Shown here: positions 28,794 to 32,000 of the stretch, in pieces
Layout: the number at the start of each line of letters is the position of its first letter
Position numbering within the stretch: the stretch's first letter is position 1
Assembly: GCA_004284765.1 (NCBI GenBank)
Contig: NQJD01000026.1
Span: forward strand, 3,235-35,234
Direction of reading: 5' to 3'
DNA length: 32,000 bases
Source: Candidatus Electronema aureum
Lineage (GTDB): Bacteria > Desulfobacterota > Desulfobulbia > Desulfobulbales > Desulfobulbaceae
Notes under the pieces: model-generated
Database searches by the model: none
What the model saw: the letters and a program-made list of their open reading frames with translations, nothing else
Told to the model about the DNA's origin: nothing
Translations under genes and position numbers: made by a program

Positions 28794-30641
28794 TTACCAG
28801 AACCACTTCAGTTCGGCGGAGACGTTGGCACTCTCTGCCTGCTCAATACCAATGAACAAGGAGGTCTGTGCGGCGAATCCCCACTGGAGTTCCGCGCTGA
28901 CAAAGGGCTGCGCGTTGCCCTGATAGTCGGTAGTCTCTATCCCGGCCAGCAGGCGACCTTTGAGATTGCCATTCCCAGCAAGCAGACCAAGATGCGGGCG
29001 CAGGCGGAGATACGGCTCTACGCTGTGCGCGGCTGCGTCAGTCATGGCGTAGGCTGTAAGCTGCGGGCTAATCTTCCAAGCACGTCCTGCCCCGAACGCA
29101 AAGAAGGCATCGTAGTCATCAGCATCTTGGGCAAGGCCCGTGCGCAGTTGCCACGACCAAGGATTTTCCCCGTCTGCTGTGATGAAGTCCGTCTTGATTG
29201 TGCGGATTCTGATCAGATCGAGCTGATCAAGAAAGAAGGTATCACCGATGCTGACGGCTGCGTCGAACACGGCTAACTCGTTGTCTTCCAAGCCGTTTCG
29301 CCCTAATGCCTCTTGCACAAAGGCTGCACCATGCAGGCGGAGATAGCTGCCTCGCTGCTCTTCATGACCAAAGCCAATGCTCGTCAGCATCGGGCGGTTG
29401 CCTTGGGCAGGCGAGTCCAGCGCAGGCACTTCCTTCAGAGGCTCGGTACTGGGCGGCAGGAGAAAGCGGGCAGGCAGGAACCGGTTCTTCGCTGCCTTGG
29501 TTGCTGCGCTGGGCGTGGGCTGCTCGGCAGTTAAGCGATAGTTGCTATACGCCAGCAGGGTGTCTAAGACCTCTGCTTGCCGGTCTTGCTTCAGGTGCGC
29601 GAGCTGATCAGGCAGAGCTGTCGGCCCTTGCTGCATCACTGCCTGCGTAGCTGCCTGTTCTTCCGGCTTGAGTAGGCTGAATTGATGATACAGTTTGCGC
29701 TGGGCTGAGGGAATGAAGCGTACCGCCTTGATCAAGCCCGGTTGTCCGACTGCCTTCCTTGCCTGATCAATGTCTTCGAGACGATGAAAGGTTTCAGTTG
29801 GCACATACCAGAAGCGGGCGTTCGTCAGCAGTGGTTCGTCGATAACCAGCTCCAACAGCTCGGACAAGCGGAAGGCGCAGTTCTTGTCGAGGAAGTAATA
29901 GGTGAACTTCTTTCCCAGCACCTCCCAAAGATGGAGGATCAGCAGTGTGCGCTGCGTATCAGAGAGCCGCAGCTCGTAGTCCCAGATATCGCGGAACTCA
30001 GTGCGGGAATAGACCAAATCTTGGGTGTAGAAATAGCGGTCAGAGAAACCCGCCTCATAGCCTCCACCGAGGCCGCGCAGGATGTACCGCCAGACCGGTT
30101 CATCTGGTGGCACCAAGGCACCGTAGCTGACCGTTAGATCGAACATCCCGGCTTGATCATCCTGTGCGCCAGTGTTGAGCTTGAGCAGCGAATGGCCAAA
30201 GACTGAGGCTGGATTGCCGAGATAGCCGCTGACGAGAAAGAGGCTGATTGACTGCACCTTATCCGGCAGCGACCAGCGGGCAAAGGTTGGACACTGCGGC
30301 GGAGTAAGGTTGTAGCCCGGCAGACTGATCTGCTGGGAGAGCCAGTAATAGCGGGCTGGAAAGCGGCAGCGAGCGTGGCTGTCCCCGTCCTTTGGCCAAG
30401 GCGCGTTGTAGGCAGCGAGATCAGCGCGTAGCTCGGCTTGAGGATCATGCTGACCGTCAGGGGAGAGAAAGAAATCCTCGGTGAGTATCTCGCTCTGCCT
30501 GCTGTCGCCATAATGCAGCAGCTTCAGCCACGTAGGATGCTGGGCAAGATGTTCAAGCTGGGCAGAAGACAGGGCAAAAGCAACAGACGTAGGCAGTAAG
30601 CAACTACACAGCAGAGCAGCGATAAAATATCGGCGAAGCAT
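28794..30641 (-). CDS. DUF4105 (Lnb N-terminal-like) periplasmic domain protein with a C-terminal beta-rich region
   Basis: Signal peptide, then HPTWLKLLHY and ASVFGHSLLKL motifs that I associate with DUF4105. The C-terminus ends in an aromatic residue (KWFW), as in outer-membrane beta-barrels. Confidence 0.6.
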   Translation of the reverse strand: MLRRYFIAALLCSCLLPTSVAFALSSAQLEHLAQHPTWLKLLHYGDSRQSEILTEDFFLSPDGQHDPQAELRADLAAYNAPWPKDGDSHARCRFPARYYWLSQQISLPGYNLTPPQCPTFARWSLPDKVQSISLFLVSGYLGNPASVFGHSLLKLNTGAQDDQAGMFDLTVSYGALVPPDEPVWRYILRGLGGGYEAGFSDRYFYTQDLVYSRTEFRDIWDYELRLSDTQRTLLILHLWEVLGKKFTYYFLDKNCAFRLSELLELVIDEPLLTNARFWYVPTETFHRLEDIDQARKAVGQPGLIKAVRFIPSAQRKLYHQFSLLKPEEQAATQAVMQQGPTALPDQLAHLKQDRQAEVLDTLLAYSNYRLTAEQPTPSAATKAAKNRFLPARFLLPPSTEPLKEVPALDSPAQGNRPMLTSIGFGHEEQRGSYLRLHGAAFVQEALGRNGLEDNELAVFDAAVSIGDTFFLDQLDLIRIRTIKTDFITADGENPWSWQLRTGLAQDADDYDAFFAFGAGRAWKISPQLTAYAMTDAAAHSVEPYLRLRPHLGLLAGNGNLKGRLLAGIETTDYQGNAQPFVSAELQWGFAAQTSLFIGIEQAESANVSAELKWFW

Positions 30642-30683
30642 TTTGAAAGCGGTATACTGGGTTCTGTAATTGAAATCCTGTCG

Positions 30684-31436
30684 TTATCGTTCCACCTCAA
30701 ATCCGTACTTCTTCAGCACAGCCTTTGCCTCTGCACTGGCAAGATATTCATAGAAGGCTTTCGCTGCCTCGTTCTTTGCTCCAGATGCAGTCAACAGCAT
30801 GGGAGAGGTAATCTTGTCATGCAGCGTATCCGCAACAGTGAAGAGAATCTTTGCATTCTTCGCTATCTGCGCATCTGTCTTATAAACAAAGGCTCCGTCC
30901 ACTTCTCCCTGTTCTGCATACATCAGAGCGTGGCGGACATCATCGGTCAAGACTAACTTCTTCCCTTGCTCCAGCGCGGCGTAAACGCCCGCCCGTTCTA
31001 AAGCCTGTTTCGCGTATTGCCCAGCTGGAACGTTGTTCGGATTGCCGATAGCGATACGGTCAAGGGTGGATAGCTTGTTCAGATCAAGATCAGCTGCTTT
31101 CGGACTACCGATAAACACTAAGCTGTTGAATGCAAATATCCGACTTGCTTCTTGCCCAGCTAACTGCTTTTCAAGCAAATACTTCACCCATTCCGTGCTG
31201 GCAGAAATAAAAATGTCTGCGGGTGCGCCTTGCTCAATCTGCTTGGCTAATGCGCCTGATGCGCCGAAGTTCGGTAGCACCTTTGTTTCCGGCTGCTTGA
31301 CCGCATAGGCTGTGATGATCTCCTTGCAGGCATCGCTCATACTGGCCGCAACCGACAGATGAACAGTCTCCGCCTGAAGTGCAGCAGCGGAACAGAGATG
31401 CAGCAGCAAAGTGGTGAAAAATACGTTCCAGCTCAT
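30684..31436 (-). CDS. modA: Molybdate ABC transporter substrate-binding protein
   Basis: AGGAG RBS before the ATG at 31436. Signal peptide, then VAASMSDA, FGASGALAKQIEQGAPADIFISA and NVPAGQYA, typical of ModA. Confidence 0.85.
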   Translation of the reverse strand: MSWNVFFTTLLLHLCSAAALQAETVHLSVAASMSDACKEIITAYAVKQPETKVLPNFGASGALAKQIEQGAPADIFISASTEWVKYLLEKQLAGQEASRIFAFNSLVFIGSPKAADLDLNKLSTLDRIAIGNPNNVPAGQYAKQALERAGVYAALEQGKKLVLTDDVRHALMYAEQGEVDGAFVYKTDAQIAKNAKILFTVADTLHDKITSPMLLTASGAKNEAAKAFYEYLASAEAKAVLKKYGFEVER

Positions 31437-31514
31437 GAGTAACTCCTTTTGTCTATGGTAGTTTTTTAGGGAGAACGCGGTATATAGCTGAAGCAGCATA
31501 AAGTGAACTTGAAT

Positions 31515-31585
31515 GTCATTCCGAGCAAAGCGAGGAATCTCCTCTTCGTCCTTGGCGTGAGATTTCTCGCTCCGCTCGAAATGAC
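31515..31585. repeat. Imperfect 27-bp inverted repeat with a 17-nt loop (REP/MITE-like palindromic element)
   Basis: GTCATTCCGAGCAAAGCGAGGAATCTC ... GAGATTTCTCGCTCCGCTCGAAATGAC. Its translation (HFERSEKS..RFARND) artificially extends the modA ORF. Confidence 0.8.
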
Positions 31586-31620
31586 AGATACGACGGTTCA
31601 AATTATGTTGCTCTGGCTAT

Positions 31621-31681
31621 AACAAAAAGGGCGAACACAGAAGTCGCGCCCCTACACTATGTATTGCGGCATCTTCCGTAG
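31621..31681 (+). repeat. REP-like intergenic element, copy B
   Basis: Aligns with 19925-19984 in the same orientation. Confidence 0.7.
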
Positions 31682-31845
31682 AACGGATAATAAAATTCAC
31701 TCGTATTGAGCGATCATTATAATATTTTATTAATCGACTTAAACGCCTGCTCAAAGCGATCTAATGTTTCATAAAGTTCAGGACTATCAATCAAGAAGTT
31801 TGGGTTGCGTATCAGCCAGTCTGGGTAATAGAGATCTGTGAGTGA

Positions 31846-32000
31846 TCAATGAAATAAAATACAATCGTTGTAATGATTAATAAATCTCCAAACAGATGCA
31901 GTTAAGTTTTCAATGCTTCTCGAAAACGACAATGTCTTCCTGACTAATGCCGACACTCTCTGCCTGAATGTTAAATTAATCCTTTCGATATGACTTGTTT
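31846..32000 (-). mobile_element. 3' end of an IS1-family-like transposase gene (partial; continues beyond the window)
   Basis: The minus strand reads [44 protein letters not shown]...-stop. This matches the ERxNLxxRQ..L.RKTLxFSK C-terminal block of IS1 InsB-type transposases as I recall it. The surrounding DNA from about 31690 is AT-rich. Confidence 0.55.

Noticed and set aside
28572-29276. 234-aa plus-strand ORF spanning the MBOAT start, the intergenic region and the DUF4105 3' end
   Set aside because: It is antisense to two well-supported minus-strand genes and crosses their intergenic gap, with no motifs. It is a shadow ORF.
31437-31601. N-terminal 55-aa extension of the modA ORF (MNRRICHFERSEKSHAKDEEEIPRFARNDI...)
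   Set aside because: The extension is the translation of the 27-bp inverted-repeat element. The true start at 31436 has an AGGAG RBS and is followed by a signal peptide.

Overview
Bacterial chromosomal window; the taxon cannot be fixed by eye. The housekeeping backbone is hflX (partial), an FAD-linked oxidase, rsmI, an EamA transporter, groES-groEL, ilvE, rlmI and modA. Three accessory blocks stand out. (1) 2.2-5.2 kb holds a translationally coupled gene pair. A 122-aa helical protein ends in INQQVSGSGHIFSGSGNVTV. The adjacent 849-aa NB-ARC/TPR STAND ATPase begins with IDQTVQGSGHIFSGTGDVHV. This is the genomic signature of NLR/effector amyloid signalling (Bell/BASS-like). The ATPase also carries an in-frame 21-bp tandem repeat. 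(2) 13.3-22.1 kb and 25.7-30.6 kb form a minus-strand envelope-glycan modification locus. It encodes two SGNH hydrolases, a beta-propeller protein, a GT-C-like membrane protein, an acyltransferase-3, a large HAD-like protein, an AlgJ/X-like plus MBOAT pair and a DUF4105 protein. Three of these proteins share a recurring module with an RIDP-type motif. (3) 22.2-25.5 kb is a plus-strand three-gene operon with ATGA start/stop overlaps that splits this locus. It encodes a HEPN-like protein, a ParA/MinD-like ATPase with a KGGVGR Walker A, and a second P-loop NTPase. It is bracketed by 23-bp direct repeats that are copies of the 3' end of the DUF4105 gene. I rate it the best candidate for an uncharacterised NTPase-based conflict system. 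The window also contains several REP-like palindromic repeats, a 4 x 23-bp palindromic array, and a terminal AT-rich segment with an IS1-like transposase fragment. All homology calls are by eye from motifs; no searches were run.
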